DNA of 64,000 nt from the NCBI GenBank assembly GCA_013265495.1, contig MU058294.1, forward strand, positions 1 through 64,000, in the 5' to 3' direction. Below the pieces are notes generated by a model that searched no databases, had not been told where the DNA came from, and saw nothing but the letters and a program-made list of their open reading frames with translations. Shown here one piece after another: positions 28,348 through 41,179 of the stretch. The stretch comes from Vicugna vicugna. Its lineage: Eukaryota. Position numbers and translations under genes: made by a program. Position 1 is the stretch's first letter; the number at the start of each line of letters is the position of its first letter.

Positions 28348-30880
28348 GAAATGACCAACATCATTCAATCTTCCAATACCAAACACTTTGCTGTTACAGA
28401 TTTGGCTAATACATTCTATTCAGTACCAATTTCAACAACCTTTCTGTTCAAATTCAGCCTTGAAAGGATGCTATACATTTTTACTCAGTTGCCCATGGGG
28501 TACCTAAGTAGCCTCGCTGTTGTACATAATCTCTGCTGATAAGACCTCAGTTGGATCCAGGAATCCCTATGTTACCAGGTGTGGCAACATTCTCAGGTTA
28601 GGATACTCACCAGACATGGACACAGGACAAACATTTACCACTGCGCTTACTGGGAGGGGATGGCCTTTGCCCCACATAGAATCAGAGGCCTGTCACCTCA
28701 GTTAGATTTTAGGGCTCATCTGGTCTGCTGAAGGTAACTCCAATCCTGATGCAGTTAAAAGGCAACTTCTAACTTTATCAGTCCCAACCACTCTCAACCA
28801 AGCCCAACACCTATTAGGTCTCTCTGGCTTCTAGAAGCAACATATTCCTGTTTACCAATATTAGTAACTTATTTGCTAGCTTATTTATGGCTTCATTTGC
28901 AAACCACTGTGAATGGGGGCCCTTTATAACAGAAGGCCCCAGAGTCAGTCCAGATGACCATATAACATTCCTTCCTTTACTGCCTCCTGGAGACTCCTTC
29001 ATGGTGGAAGCTCTGGCAACCCCGTTATACTTCTTGGAATCTGTGACCACCCACAATGGCCATAAGTTGCCTATGGGCTTCTGGTGCAAAAAGCTGCCCA
29101 CTTCAGGACCACTTTACACACCATTAGAACTACAACTCCTAGCTGCATACTAGGCCCTTATGGAAATGGAGGCTCTCACAGGACCTGACATTGTGACTCT
29201 CCACACATAGCTGACCATTATGTTCTGTCTCATGGAAACAGCACCCTGCAGGTCTGGCAAGGTCACTGAGATCTTGCTGAAGTGGAAGTGGTACCTACAG
29301 AACAGCGCCAAACCTGGGCTCTGGTATATCCCACCTGCAGGAAGAAGTAACCTCTTCTGTCCTTGATCCTTGCCAGATGCCACCATGCTGGAGGTCTTCC
29401 CTTTCCCAGACTCCTTGGTAACCTGGGAGCCCTTTGGGATCAACTAAGTGAATAGCAAATGGAGTTTGTATATTTTATGGATGGTAGCACTACCATCTCA
29501 CATGATGGAGCTTGCTTGAGGGCTACTGTTTTGCATCCCTTAACCAAGACATCCCTGATAAAAGATGGGACCTAAGGATCAGCACTATTGGCTGTACTCT
29601 AGATAGCACTGAAAATGTCCTGTTCAAAAATCTGGACCCACTGCCAATAATCTAGCCATCTAATCCAGCCAATGGCAACAATTTCTCATTCAAGACCTCC
29701 TCCTTTGGTGTAATAAAGAACTCTGGGTGATTCCTTGCCTCTCAGACATCAAAGATAAAAATTAAAGTCACACATATCTCTGCCTACACCAAGGTTTAGA
29801 TTGCTTAAGCCCAATTTAATGCCCAAGCTGCTAGATAAGCACACATTTTAGAGACTAAGGCCAAAACTTCCTCAGATGACACTCCAGATCCCATTTCCTT
29901 ACTTCTGGTCCAGGTGGCCCATGAAATATAGAACACAGAGAAGCCTTTAGTCCTTGGGATGAATGCAAAAGGGTTTTCCCCTGTTCTGTCATGGCCAACG
30001 TGGTGACAATCCAATGCTCTCTATGTGGGAAGACCTGTCACTGGCAGTATAATTGCTGGGGTGCTATCCCACAGTGGTCCTGCCCCTACAGTTGCTGGCA
30101 AATAGATTTTATCAGGTCACTGCCCTCTTCTGCTGGTACCATTCATTATGCCTTGGCCATAGTGCATACCTGCATGAGCATCTTATATGCCCACCCCAAT
30201 AGACATGTGACTGCAGAAGCTCTCCTTCGTGCCTCACTAAAACACTCTTCATTCCCTTTGGAGTTCCAGACATTACTGACAAAGGCATTCACTTTACTTC
30301 TCAAAATACACAACCTTGGCCTCTTGAACCTCAGCCCAAGACTGCTAATCTTATAAACCACCATACAGGCTTATTTAAACAAATCTTACTGAGATTACAA
30401 AAGCAGTGTGGCTTTCTAAATGAGTTTACATCCTGCCAGTGGCCCTCATTAAACTAATTCCTTGTCCCTGGGGCCCTCTAGTCTATGTCAAAATGCACTG
30501 ATAACATCTCAGTTATCCTTGCCCTCTGTGACGACACTTCACAAGTCAGGGTTTATGAAGATCACATTGAAGAGGAAATTCCTCCCTTCCTGCTTCTATC
30601 CCTTTTGAATCCTGCAATCCTGCCCCCACCCCAGTTTTGATGGAAGTCAGACCAAACATGGATTGTTAGTTATAATCCATTCATTATCAAATGCTCCTCT
30701 GGTTATCTATTAGAGCTATTCAGGCACCCTCATGATGATGTGCCTAAGCCACAAGCTTTGCCAAAATTTTTAAGCTATAAAGGGTATTTAATAAATAATG
30801 TCAATGATGATCTCACCCCGGGACCCACACCCACAATGGTGTGGACAGCAGAGAGAGGACAAGGAAGATTAAAACTGGTT

Positions 30881-31444
30881 TGTACATTAACGACATTTTC
30901 TAGTTTTTGTATCTGATGCTTTGACATCTCGGGCCTTGCTGATTAAGAGGGACTACCCCTCCCAGGGTTAGAGTTCTAGAGTTAGCAAATGACTCTCCTG
31001 TGAGTGCACCTTTCATATGTAAACTAACCAATCCAGAGCACTTATCCCCAGCCACCTCCTTTATTAGGCTTTTATACCCCCTTATACTTGAGGCCACTGT
31101 TTCCCTGCGCTAATCACCCTGGAGCCACATACCAGACAACTAGGGGAAGCAGCCACACTCTGAGCCCACTGAAATTATTCAAATTAGCCAATTCCAAACC
31201 TGCTCAGCTGCTTACTCTGCCTTGCGCATTCCTTTCTGTGAAAACCACAATAAAGGCTCTCCCACAGTTCCTTCCCCCTCTCTGCCTGCCACTGACCTTG
31301 GCGTTCTCTCATGTTGCCCTTCATGGCATGGTGTGCCCCTCTCCCCTTGGGTAATAACCTAAGATGAGCAATAACCTATCTTTCGTCTCCAAATATGTTG
31401 GTCTCACCATACCTGAATAAAAATAAGATCTACATTTTAAAATG
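30881..31444 (+). mobile_element. MER74-like solo LTR nested in ERV A
   Basis: gatgctttgacatctcgggccttgctga...aaactaaccaatccagagc...accacaataaaggctct...ctacattttaaaa matches the recalled MER74 consensus; imperfect 5-bp TSD tggtt/tggtc. Confidence 0.8.
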
Positions 31445-32018
31445 TGGTCTCATCCAATTGTATCCCCCATGAAGGAATGCAGGATCTCCCCAGCCACTTG
31501 AGAATGGAAATTGGGACAACCATCCACACTACAACTATACTGGTCAGCAGCCCCAGGTGCTTCAGGCTATAACACCCACATGGAGCAAGTGTCATTGCTT
31601 GGCCTTCTAGCTTTTCATATCCTGGCCATGCTGACTTTGGGTAATAACCCGGGCCTGGGATATTGCAGGCCACTGAGCAGACCCCAGCTGGCTGCCGGTC
31701 TCCCATACTCACTTCAGCTCTTTCGACATACTGCCATAGCCATCCACTAGATGGCACCATAATTCCATGCCCACTTTGCTGGAAATATGTTAAGCGTTTA
31801 AAGCAGCCCGTTTGTTATTTTAAATTCACAAGGGAGTCACACTACATGGAAGCAGCATTTATATTTGCTGCATGCCCCACTGTTAAGTCTCTTGAATTAA
31901 TGTCCCTATGCCCAGGCCTGACCTCTCAAAGTACACGTCAGACCATTACTGAAAGAGCAACAGAAAGCTTCACATGGAGATGTATGCGATGAGGCTTCTT
32001 TGTGATTATGTCCCCAAG

Positions 32019-33199
32019 ATGAGGCCAAGACAGTGGTCTCTTTTCTTATTCATTGTGCCCCTCATTATCCAACCACATAAATTTCAGTGGTTCCCAAGCA
32101 ACAAAGTTTTATGCTGCAAGGTCCTAAATTTGGCTAAAGATTATTATGAACCTAGTAGATAAAGTTCATGGCCTCAGCCTTAACCAACTCTGTGATGGCC
32201 TGATCAGATAACCTCAGCCCTGCAGCTGGACTCATCCTAGGTGGAATCTTCCATGACCCCAACCCCTCAGCATACCCTGCCATCAAGTCTCCACTCCCTA
32301 AACCCATTGCCCCTCTCTCCACCTCTCCTTTCCCAATTCAGTCCCAACCACAGCAAGCTACACTCCCTTCTCCTTTGACTCTTTTGCTTTCTGCTTCTCA
32401 GAACTCTGTTCTTCTAGCCCCACTCCCTAATATAACATTTCCCCGAACCCCCAAGGAGGCATTACAAAATAATTTTATGTAATGAGCATCACTGAACAGC
32501 TCATGTTTTAAGCGTAATAGCTGCTGGGGTGCCACAGGCATCCTCTTAATCACCAGGCTGTATTGCAACCTATCTAGCTGACCTTAAAGAAATCTTCACA
32601 ATAGTAGAACCCATCCTCTGTGAATCTATTTTGTTTGCTGCATCTCTAGATCTAAACATCAAATGCTTTCCTGGCCTCCCCTTTAAAATATTAACTTCAC
32701 CTCTTCATGATGGCTTCCTTTTTTTTTTTTCAAGATGGCTTCTTAATATGTCCTGATCAAACTGCTTATTGGCAACATGTTAGTCTTGGTTGTCCATGTA
32801 AAATGCTAAGATTTTAGCCCCCAAGGGTTACTGGTATTATTGCCCTAAATATCTCCTCATTTCTGTTCTCACTTATTCCCTTGTCTTAGGCTTCTCTTCT
32901 TACTTTGACTTGCACTATCTGCATTTTGGGGCAAAATATAAACTTCAACTGACCATAATGGGAATCACTGGTACTGCCTTAGGAGCCCACAATATTATAT
33001 AACAAAATAAAATAATTGATGCCAATCAGGAAATGTCCAAGATAACAACCAAATATGTAATTAAAACTTAACAGCCCTCAAAGCCCTAAAAGGTGGGCAG
33101 TGTTCTACGGCAGCCATGGTTGCAGATAATCACTTAGTGTTAGGGTATCTACTGGCCAGCCAGATAGACATTTGTTCCCCTAAAGGTACTTCTTGCTGC
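32019..33199 (+). mobile_element. Decayed retroviral env (gamma-type TM), truncated after CX6CC
   Basis: Fusion-peptide-like IMGITGTALGA (32955-32987), heptad-like segment, ISD-like MVADNHLVLGYLLASQIDI then CSPKGTSCC (33116-33199). The 5' boundary (putative signal peptide MRPRQWSLFLFIVPLII) is uncertain. Confidence 0.75.
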
Positions 33200-36100
33200 A
33201 AGGGGATAAGCAGGCCTCCACACCTAGGCAGAGGTCAGAGTTCTGTGGGAGAGAGAGAAGAAGTGTTAATCTCCATTCCCCCCATACCCTTTACCTGGGC
33301 TCATGGGCTCAAAGGTGCTCATGTCCTACCAAGAGAATTTTTTCCCCATCGACTGTGATGTGTCCTGTACCACGAGTAAGAACAGCACCTTTTACACTTC
33401 CCCCAGAAAAATGGATCCAAGTCTTCTGGCTTGGATCCTCTTGTGGCCCAAGGGAAGTTTCTATTCTATATATTGATACCCAACCCATGAGGCTACCTGG
33501 GACAAAACAGCAGGGTCACCTTAAGGAAAATATTCACCTAGAAACCTCAAATTGATGGTTATTATCTTCAAAGTCCTTATAGGCAAAAATCCATGCCCTG
33601 CACCTGGCGGGTAAATGAAGGAGTAGGTTACTGTCTTCCTGCCTCCTTGTTTAATACCATAGACCTTTCTTCCAGAAGGGTTGCATGGACAAGGGACAAA
33701 AGCATTTTTACAGAAAAAACTTTATATAATTTAACCAGAAAGATACATTATGTTTAAAAATTGGTTAGCACAAAATTTTGAATTTTTTTTAATTTTGAAT
33801 TTTTAAAATATCTTAAAATGAGTTTACATAATCCTCCATCTCTTACTACTTAATAGCCATCTTAATTTTCCATCCATCTGAGTTTTCAGAAAATGGTCAA
33901 AGGTGATGGAAGACCTTTGCAGGGTGCCCAACAGAGACTAAGGTGTCAATAACTGTAAATGAAGGACGTATAATTGAAGGAAGGGAGCAGACAGTCTGAT
34001 CAAACATACAGCATAAATGAGAAGTCCTTACAGGGAACTGGTGCACTGAGACCCCAAACTGCTTGCCCGAGATGTGTTGTCCATGTTGGGGTTATCCTGT
34101 CTCCTCCTATCAGCCACTAAATCCTGTCCTTTAACTGTCCATTACAATGCTCTATCACCCCTGCAGCATGGGGGTGATATGGAGCATGGGGAGAGTCTAC
34201 AAAATGCCCTGTGATTGGGCCCACTGATGTGTAGCTTGGGCCACATATCAGGGGCCATCATCAGAAGCAGTACGCTCAGGAAGTCCAGACAAGAAGCAAA
34301 TGTGGTCTCGTAGGGTTTGGGTTATGTGGCCTGGGTCAGTGGAATGCACAGAGGCGGCTAGGCCAAACCCAGACAAAGTGTCAAATTGCAGCCAGGATCC
34401 AGCAAAACTCTCTGGATGAGTAAAGACGCCCAATCCTGCCAAGAATATCCTGGCCCACTGGCTGGGAAATCTATCCCTGGGCACTGTTTTTAGTCTTGGG
34501 CAGGGTCTGGCAGGCAGGACAGGTTTTCCATGTGGGTTTGGCAGTCTGTGGCAGTCCATGAGAAGAGGCCCAGCCTAGGATGGTGTCTGAATTTCTATGG
34601 GCTGTCCTCTTCAGGACCCAGGAGATCAGTTTTGTTCTGAGATAGAGGGCAGTTCAGTCTGTGTTGAGTAGACAAGCACAGTTTGCTCTTTGGTTATATT
34701 TCCCCTAGTCAGCACAGGGTCCCCTCTGGTGAACATCCATATGAGTTTTATATATTAGTTCATGCCTTGCCAATGGCCTGATCAAACGATAGGCTATTAC
34801 TATCCATAGCCCATGAGTCAGTTAATTTCACAGTCCTCCATATGCCCCTCTGTAATGGCCCTAACTGCAGCAATTCTCAACCAGGTATGAAAGCAAAGGT
34901 TAGCTGAGGTGCACACAGACAGTACATCAGTAACAGTAATATGTTCAGTAGTGAGGCTATAATAATGGATGTTTGTAGAGGCCTGAAGTGACCCACCCAT
35001 AGTTAGGCTTGGGCAAAGATTTAGGTAGCAGTGGCCTCAGACCCCAAATCAGAAAATACTATGTTTTTCCCTCTTCTTGGTGCTGAGAATTGCAGGCATC
35101 AGTCACCTGTGCACCCATACCTTAAAAAGTGAAATTTTCGGTGTTGGGAAAACTGGACAGCAGCATGTAAAACAATGAAGCTAGAACACACCCTTATACC
35201 ATATACAAAAATCAACTCAAAATGGATTAAAGACTTAAACATAAGACAAGATACAATAAACCTCCTAGAGGAAAACATAGGCAAAACATTATCTGACATA
35301 CATTTCAAAAATTTTCTCCTAGAAGAAATAAAAGCAAGAATAAACAAATGGGACCTAATGAAACTTACAAGCTTCTGCAGAGCAAAGGAAACCAGAAATA
35401 AAACAAGAAGAAAACCTACGGAATGGGAGAAAATTTTTGCAAGTGAAACCGACAAAGGCTTGATCTCCATAATATATAAGCAGCTCATACGACTCAATAA
35501 GAAAAAAATAAACAACCCAATCCAAAAATGGGCAGAAGACCTAAACAAGCAACTCTCCAAGGAAGACATACAAATGATCAAAAAGCACATGAAAAAATGT
35601 TCAATATCACTAATTATCAGAGAAAAAAACAGTGTGGAGATTCCTCAAAAGACTAGGAATAGACTTACCATATGACCCAGGAATCCCGCTCCTGGGCATA
35701 TATCCAGAAGGAACCCTTCTCCAAAAAGACACCTGCACCCCAATATTCATAGCAGCGCTATTTACAATAGCCAACACATGGAAACAGCCTAAATGTCCAT
35801 CAACAGATGACTGGATAAAGAAGATGTGGTATATTTATACAATGGAATACTACTCAGCCATAAAAACTGACAACATAATGCCATTTGCAGCAACATGGAT
35901 GCTCCTAGAGAATGTCATTCTAAGTGAAATAAGCCAGAAAGAGAAAGAAAAATACCATATGAGATCGCTCATATGTGGAATCTAAAAAACAAAAACAAAC
36001 AAACAAACAAAAACAAAGCATAAATACAGGACAGAAATAGACTCATGGACAGAGAATACAGACTTGTGGTTACCGGGCGGGCGGGGGGGTAGAGGGTGGG

Positions 36101-37334
36101 AAGGGATAGACTAGGATTTCAAAATTGTAGAATAGATAAACAAGATTACACTGTATAGCACAGGGAAATATACACAAAATGTTATGATAAATCACAGAGA
36201 AAAAAATGTGGAAAAAAAAAAGTGAAATTTTCTTTTTATTTTCCTGTTGGACTTTAACCTTGGCACAGAGCTTCTGGTGCCTCCTGGGGACTGAGGGGCA
36301 TTGGCCTAACCCCTAGTCCCTGTTTACTTTTGAAAACTGAGACGTATGGACCAAAGATTAATTCCCAGGCTCACAAGGAGGGATATAGGGAAGGAACAGA
36401 ACACTTGTCAGTCACAGAGACCACCTGTTAAGATTTGGTCATAAGTTTTCTGGGTCAGGGAGAGGTCTGGGAGAGCTGGGTGGAGCAGCTGGCTGGCCAG
36501 GGCAGACAGCTTGTTCTAGGTCAGGACTTTCAGCAGCAGTGTAGGGCAGGCCAATTCCAATGAAGCCCAGGCGTCCCTGGGTGGGGGGGTTATCCCCCAG
36601 AAAGCTGCACCTGCTGCTGTTTGTCTTCTGTATCCGGCAGGGACTGCTATGGAAACACTCTGAAGGAGGGGGCTTGCAGTTGCATGTCTCCCACAGTACC
36701 ACCTTCCCTGACAAGCTTTAGCAAGATTACCTCTAGAGGGAATCTAACTAAATCTCTACGGTCTCTCCAGGGCTTCTGGGTAAAGCAAACCTGAAGTGTT
36801 CTACACTTTTCCTTTAAAGTTTGAACAGCTTGTTACACCAAGGGTGTTTACTGATGCCAGGGACCTGCTTAGAGTTACTCAGCTCATGGGAACCCACTGT
36901 CTCTGGTCCTTTTGTTGGAAGGCTGCAAACAGTGGTGAAGGAATTGCATCCCTAGCTTTCTCTGAACCCCTCTGTTGCATTTCTTATCTGACCCATTGGC
37001 CAAGCTCATTGGGGAAGTCAGGAGCTAAAGAGAAGGACGCAAGGTTCTCCTCAGAAAAGAAAAGCTTATATAAACAATCTGCTAGCATTTTTCAAGAAGG
37101 CCCCATGGACTCTGCTCGCACACCCCCAGACCCAACTTGACACGGCTGGTGAAGTGCCCCGTGGGCTCTGCTAGCACCTCCCAAGACCCACTGGTGACCC
37201 TTAGACTCAGGTAAACAATCTGCAAGCACTTCTCTAGAATGTCCCCATGGACTCTGCTAGCACCTCCTAAAGCTACCCTTACAGAATTCTTAAGGCTTTT
37301 TGTTCTTCTAGAGTTGCACTGTGCTTAACTGGCT
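33200..37334 (-). mobile_element. Internal region of class III ERV relic B (gag-pro remnants and integrase; RT/RNase H apparently absent)
   Basis: On the - strand: GAQVT protease-site remnant near 35110, EHITVTDVLS...AVRAITEGH (34818-35000), FDTLSGFGLA...PERTASDDGP (34248-34390) and PYHPHAAGVIEHCNGQLK (about 34130-34182). Confidence 0.8.
35140..36216 (+). mobile_element. Young 5'-truncated L1 (ORF2 C-terminus + 3'UTR) inserted into the ERV B protease
   Basis: ORFs 35175-35675 and 35632-35985 are L1 ORF2-like; 16-bp TSD aaaaagtgaaattttc at 35124-35139 and 36217-36232. Confidence 0.93.
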
Positions 37335-37352
37335 ACCCTGCTTGCTGCACCA
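37335..37352 (-). other. tRNA-Ser primer binding site of ERV B
   Basis: - strand TGGTGCAGCAAGCAGGGT vs TGGCGCAGCGAGCAGGGT (16/18, both differences CpG-type), 3 nt after the LTR end. Confidence 0.8.
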
Positions 37353-37355
37353 ATC

Positions 37356-37957
37356 TGTCAGGGACTCAGCTGAGCCAGGCTAGACCTGAGCTGCCAGATG
37401 TCAGGGTAGCCAATTAAAGCAACAAGCCAAAATGAAAGAGTTAAGCCTTTAATCACTTCCTGCAATAGTATAAGAAAAATGTTAAAACTGGAAGAGACGC
37501 CGACTCCCCCATTTCATTCTCCCTTATGAAACGCTGCATCAGTCAAGGGTCAGGTGGATGACTGCAGATGTGGGGTCTTCTCACTATTGAGGGAGTTCTG
37601 AACACAGGGCTATGGTACTTTTATGGGCCTTGGGATCAGAGAGCAGATGAGGGTTCCCCCAAGAATGGAAAAGTACTGGGTACTGAGTCAGAGTGGGGAA
37701 AAGTGTTGTCAAGGTTCCCCCATATTCCCCTGATAAGGTGGTATCAGTAGAGATACCTGAAGACGACCACTGCTCAAGGTCTCAGCTAAGGAGACTTAGG
37801 AAAGAGGACATCAGGAATAGGAATGCAAATATATGAAGCACGTAACCGTCCAGGAGGGTCCGAGTCCTTGATTGCAACTCCCTTCAGAAACTGCAGTGCA
37901 TGGGCCACATACCAAGTCTGGTATGACAAGGGCAGCTTTCCCTCAGAGGCTGTCACA
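37356..37957 (-). mobile_element. ERVL-class LTR (MER70-like), 5' LTR of ERV B
   Basis: - strand TGTGACAGCC...CCCTGACA with TATA-like CATAAAA and ATTAAA, adjacent to the PBS. Family name from recall. Confidence 0.7.
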
Positions 37958-40233
37958 TAAAGCATTTTTAGTCACCTAGAGTCAGACCTGAAAAGTCACA
38001 CACAGGTTTTAATATATTCTGGATACTAATCATTTCTTGGCCATATATGTTGTAATTTTTCTTGCTTTTTTATTTTAATGAAAACTTTTAATAAACAAAA
38101 TTTCTTAATTTCGAGGTAGTGGCATTTTCAATTATTTGTTTTGTTTTATGCTTCTAATGTCTTATTTATGAAAAGTTTCCCTATCATGAGTTTTTCATGG
38201 CATTTACTTTTTTTTTTTATTGGAGGGGTCATTTTATTTGACACAAATGTCTGTCTTCTCTTTATGGATTTTGCAATTTTATCACCATTTTACATGCTGA
38301 TGTTGCTGCTTACTTCCTGCCTATCTAAGCTGTGATCTGGGATCATTTTTCTTCTATCTATTAAACAACATCCTTTAGAGTTTCCTTTACTGTTGGTCCC
38401 CTGGTGACAGTTTCTCTCCATATTTTTTTATATGAAAATACCATTGCTTCATCTTAATTTCTGAAGGATTTTCACTGCAATGGTAGGAAGGCAGTTATTT
38501 TCTGTTAGCACTTTGAAGGTATTATTACCTTATCTTCTAGCTTCCATTATGTTGAGGAGCAAGCAGTTATGTGTGCTTCCTTGAAAGAAATGTATCCTTT
38601 CTTCTCTGAGGGTTTTAAAACTTTTTTTAGAGGGGGCATAGATGTGATTTTGCTTTTTCCTGTTTGAGATTTGTAGTGCTTCTTAATTTTTTATTTCATC
38701 AGTTTTGAAAAATTAACAGCTACTTTCTCTCCAGATATTCCACCTGTCCCACTGTCCTGGTTCTTTTTCTTGGATTTTTAAGTGCATATGTAATAGACAG
38801 TATCACCATATCACATTTGTCTTTTTATGTTCTTCTCTGTATTGTCCATCCTTTTGTCTCTTTGTGCCTCAGTGTAGACTTTTTTCCCAAACTATATTCT
38901 AGTTAACTAATTCTCTCTTCAGTTGTGTCTACTATGCTATAAAGCAATCCAGTAAGTTCTTAATTTTAATTATTTTCAGTTTCATAATTCCATTTGGTTC
39001 ATTTTTACAGTTTCAATTTATCTGCAAATATTCTAATTTTTCTTTTTATACTCTTGAAAATGATAAGCATAGTTAATTTCAAAGTTTTGTCTGATAACTT
39101 CTATCATCTTGTGGGCCTGTTTATATCACAAATTCTTTCTCTTGATTTTTTCAATATTTATCTCCCATATGCCCAGTCATTTTTAATTGAGTGCTAGGCA
39201 TTGTATACTGAAAACTGGAGGGATCATTTTGAAGCTCTTGATGTTAACCTTCTTGAGAGAATTTATATTTGTTTTGCTAGCATAGGTAGCTATGCTAGGG
39301 CACTAGCAATTGCAGATCATCTTAATATAAATAGTGGTTGAGATGATCTGAAGCTGGGCTTCAGTCATTTATGGGGCCGATCACCTCACAGGTTTACCAT
39401 TGCTTATACAGTATAGCTCTTTTGGGTCTCAGTGAAAGCCTATAGGACTCAGATATCTCTCCTTCTTTGTAGGTCTTAAAATATAATTTTTGTCTCACTA
39501 AGGCCATGATTCTGTTGAAGAAATGCAATAGAGAGCAAAAATAGCAAGCATGAGAAAGCAAAAGAATCTGTGAACTTGAAGACAGTCATTTGAAATTACC
39601 CAGTTAGAGGAGAAGAAAGAAAAAATAATAATTAAAAAGAGTGAAGAAAGTGATGTAAATTATAGGACACATCAAATGGAACAATTTATGCATTATGGGA
39701 ATCTCAGAAGGAGAAGAGAAGGGGCAGAAAGCTTATTTAAAGAAATAATAGCTGAAAACTTCCCAAATCTGGGGAGAGATATGGACATCCAGGTACATGA
39801 ACCTCTTAGATTTCCAAACAGATTTAACTCAAAACAATCTTCATTCAGACACACTATAATAAAACTGTCAAAAACTGAAGACAATGAGAGAATTTTGAAA
39901 GCAGTAAGAGAAAAGAAGCTCATCACATATAAAGGAAACCTCAAAGAGCTACCAAAATTCTAAGCAGACACCCTGCAGGCCAAGAGAGTGGGATGATACA
40001 GTCAAAGTGCTGAAAGAAAAAACCCACCAACCAAGAATATTTTACCTAGTAAGCTGGCAGTCAGAAATGAAGGAGAGAGAAATATTTTCCCAGACAAACA
40101 AAAGCTCAGAGAGTTCATTACCACTAGGCCTACATTACAAGAAGTGCTAAAAGGAGTTCTTCAAGCTGAAATGGAAGGACACTAAATAGTAAAGTGAAAC
40201 TATACGAAAGTATATGCAAGTCTAAACTATCAA

Positions 40234-41008
40234 TAGTAACGGATTAGAAAAGGAAATCAGAGAACTTCCCATGGTGCTGAAAATGTTCTACCCAGCAACA
40301 AAATAAGTACAGAGCTTATATTTCTAACTACAAAGCCAATATCTTTCAAGTCTGGAGTTAGTTTTTAGAGTCCAAAATGTATACAAGAATTTGCAGAAAG
40401 ACATTGTTTACAATGGGAAAAAGCATAAAAGAATTTCAATGTACTCAAATAGGAAAATGGTTAAATAATGTACAGTACATCCATGCAATGGAAAACAATA
40501 CAGCCATTAGAACAGGCTAATAAAAAATTAAAATGAAAAAGTTTTCTATGTGTTGTTGGATGGAGAAAGTAGATTACAAAATACCATGTCTGGTATGACC
40601 CCAATTTTGTCACAGAAAATACATATATAGGCCTATACTGCTCCTGATCCACAGACAACTGATGGAGAATGACTTTCAAATCTCTATATAATAACAGTAG
40701 TTTTTATTTATTCGGCACTTATTATGTGCCAAGCATTCTTCTAGGGCTTCATACTTATGAACTCTCCTAAACCTCATAATGATCCTGTGTGCTTATGCTA
40801 CTATTATCCTCAATATAGAAGAGAAACTGTGGAATAGAGAGATTATTTGCCCAAGCTCACAAACCTACTACTTTTCGGAGGTTAAGATTGCAACCCAGAT
40901 ACTCTAGATCCAAAGATACTACCACATACTGCCTCTCAACATCCACATAAACATGTCATCTCAGATTCTTCTGGTAAATCCTACACACCCGTTGCACACA
41001 AAAAATCA
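40234..41008 (-). repeat. Diverged inverted copy of 45704-46450 (and of 47845-48589)
   Basis: Continuous reverse-complement match by eye, e.g. catggtgctgaaaatgttct vs agaatattttcagcaccatg and gattatttgcccaagctcaca vs tgtgagcttgggcaaataatc. Confidence 0.92.
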
Positions 41009-41140
41009 TGATTTCAGTAAGTACTTTAAATGTAATGGACTAAATTCTCCAGTCAAAAGACAGAGTTGTTGCTGACTGGATTAAAAAAAAACAAGATCCA
41101 CTACATGTTGCCTACAAGAGACTGACTTCAGATGGGGATA

Positions 41141-41179
<39 letters not shown>

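Larger units (their letters stand above)
27600..30420 (+). mobile_element. Class III ERV pol relic (RT, tether/RNase H, integrase), non-coding
   Basis: Motif remnants SPVWPVL...TVDYYNLNA, FAVTDLANTFYSVPIS, FTQLPMGYLSS, PMGFWCKKLP...YTPLELQLLAAY, FMDGS and WQIDFIRSLP, with many stops and frameshifts. Confidence 0.85.

Noticed and set aside
32019..33358. Possible co-opted syncytin-like env
   Set aside because: Stops and frameshifts, no intact furin site, and no transmembrane anchor after CX6CC.
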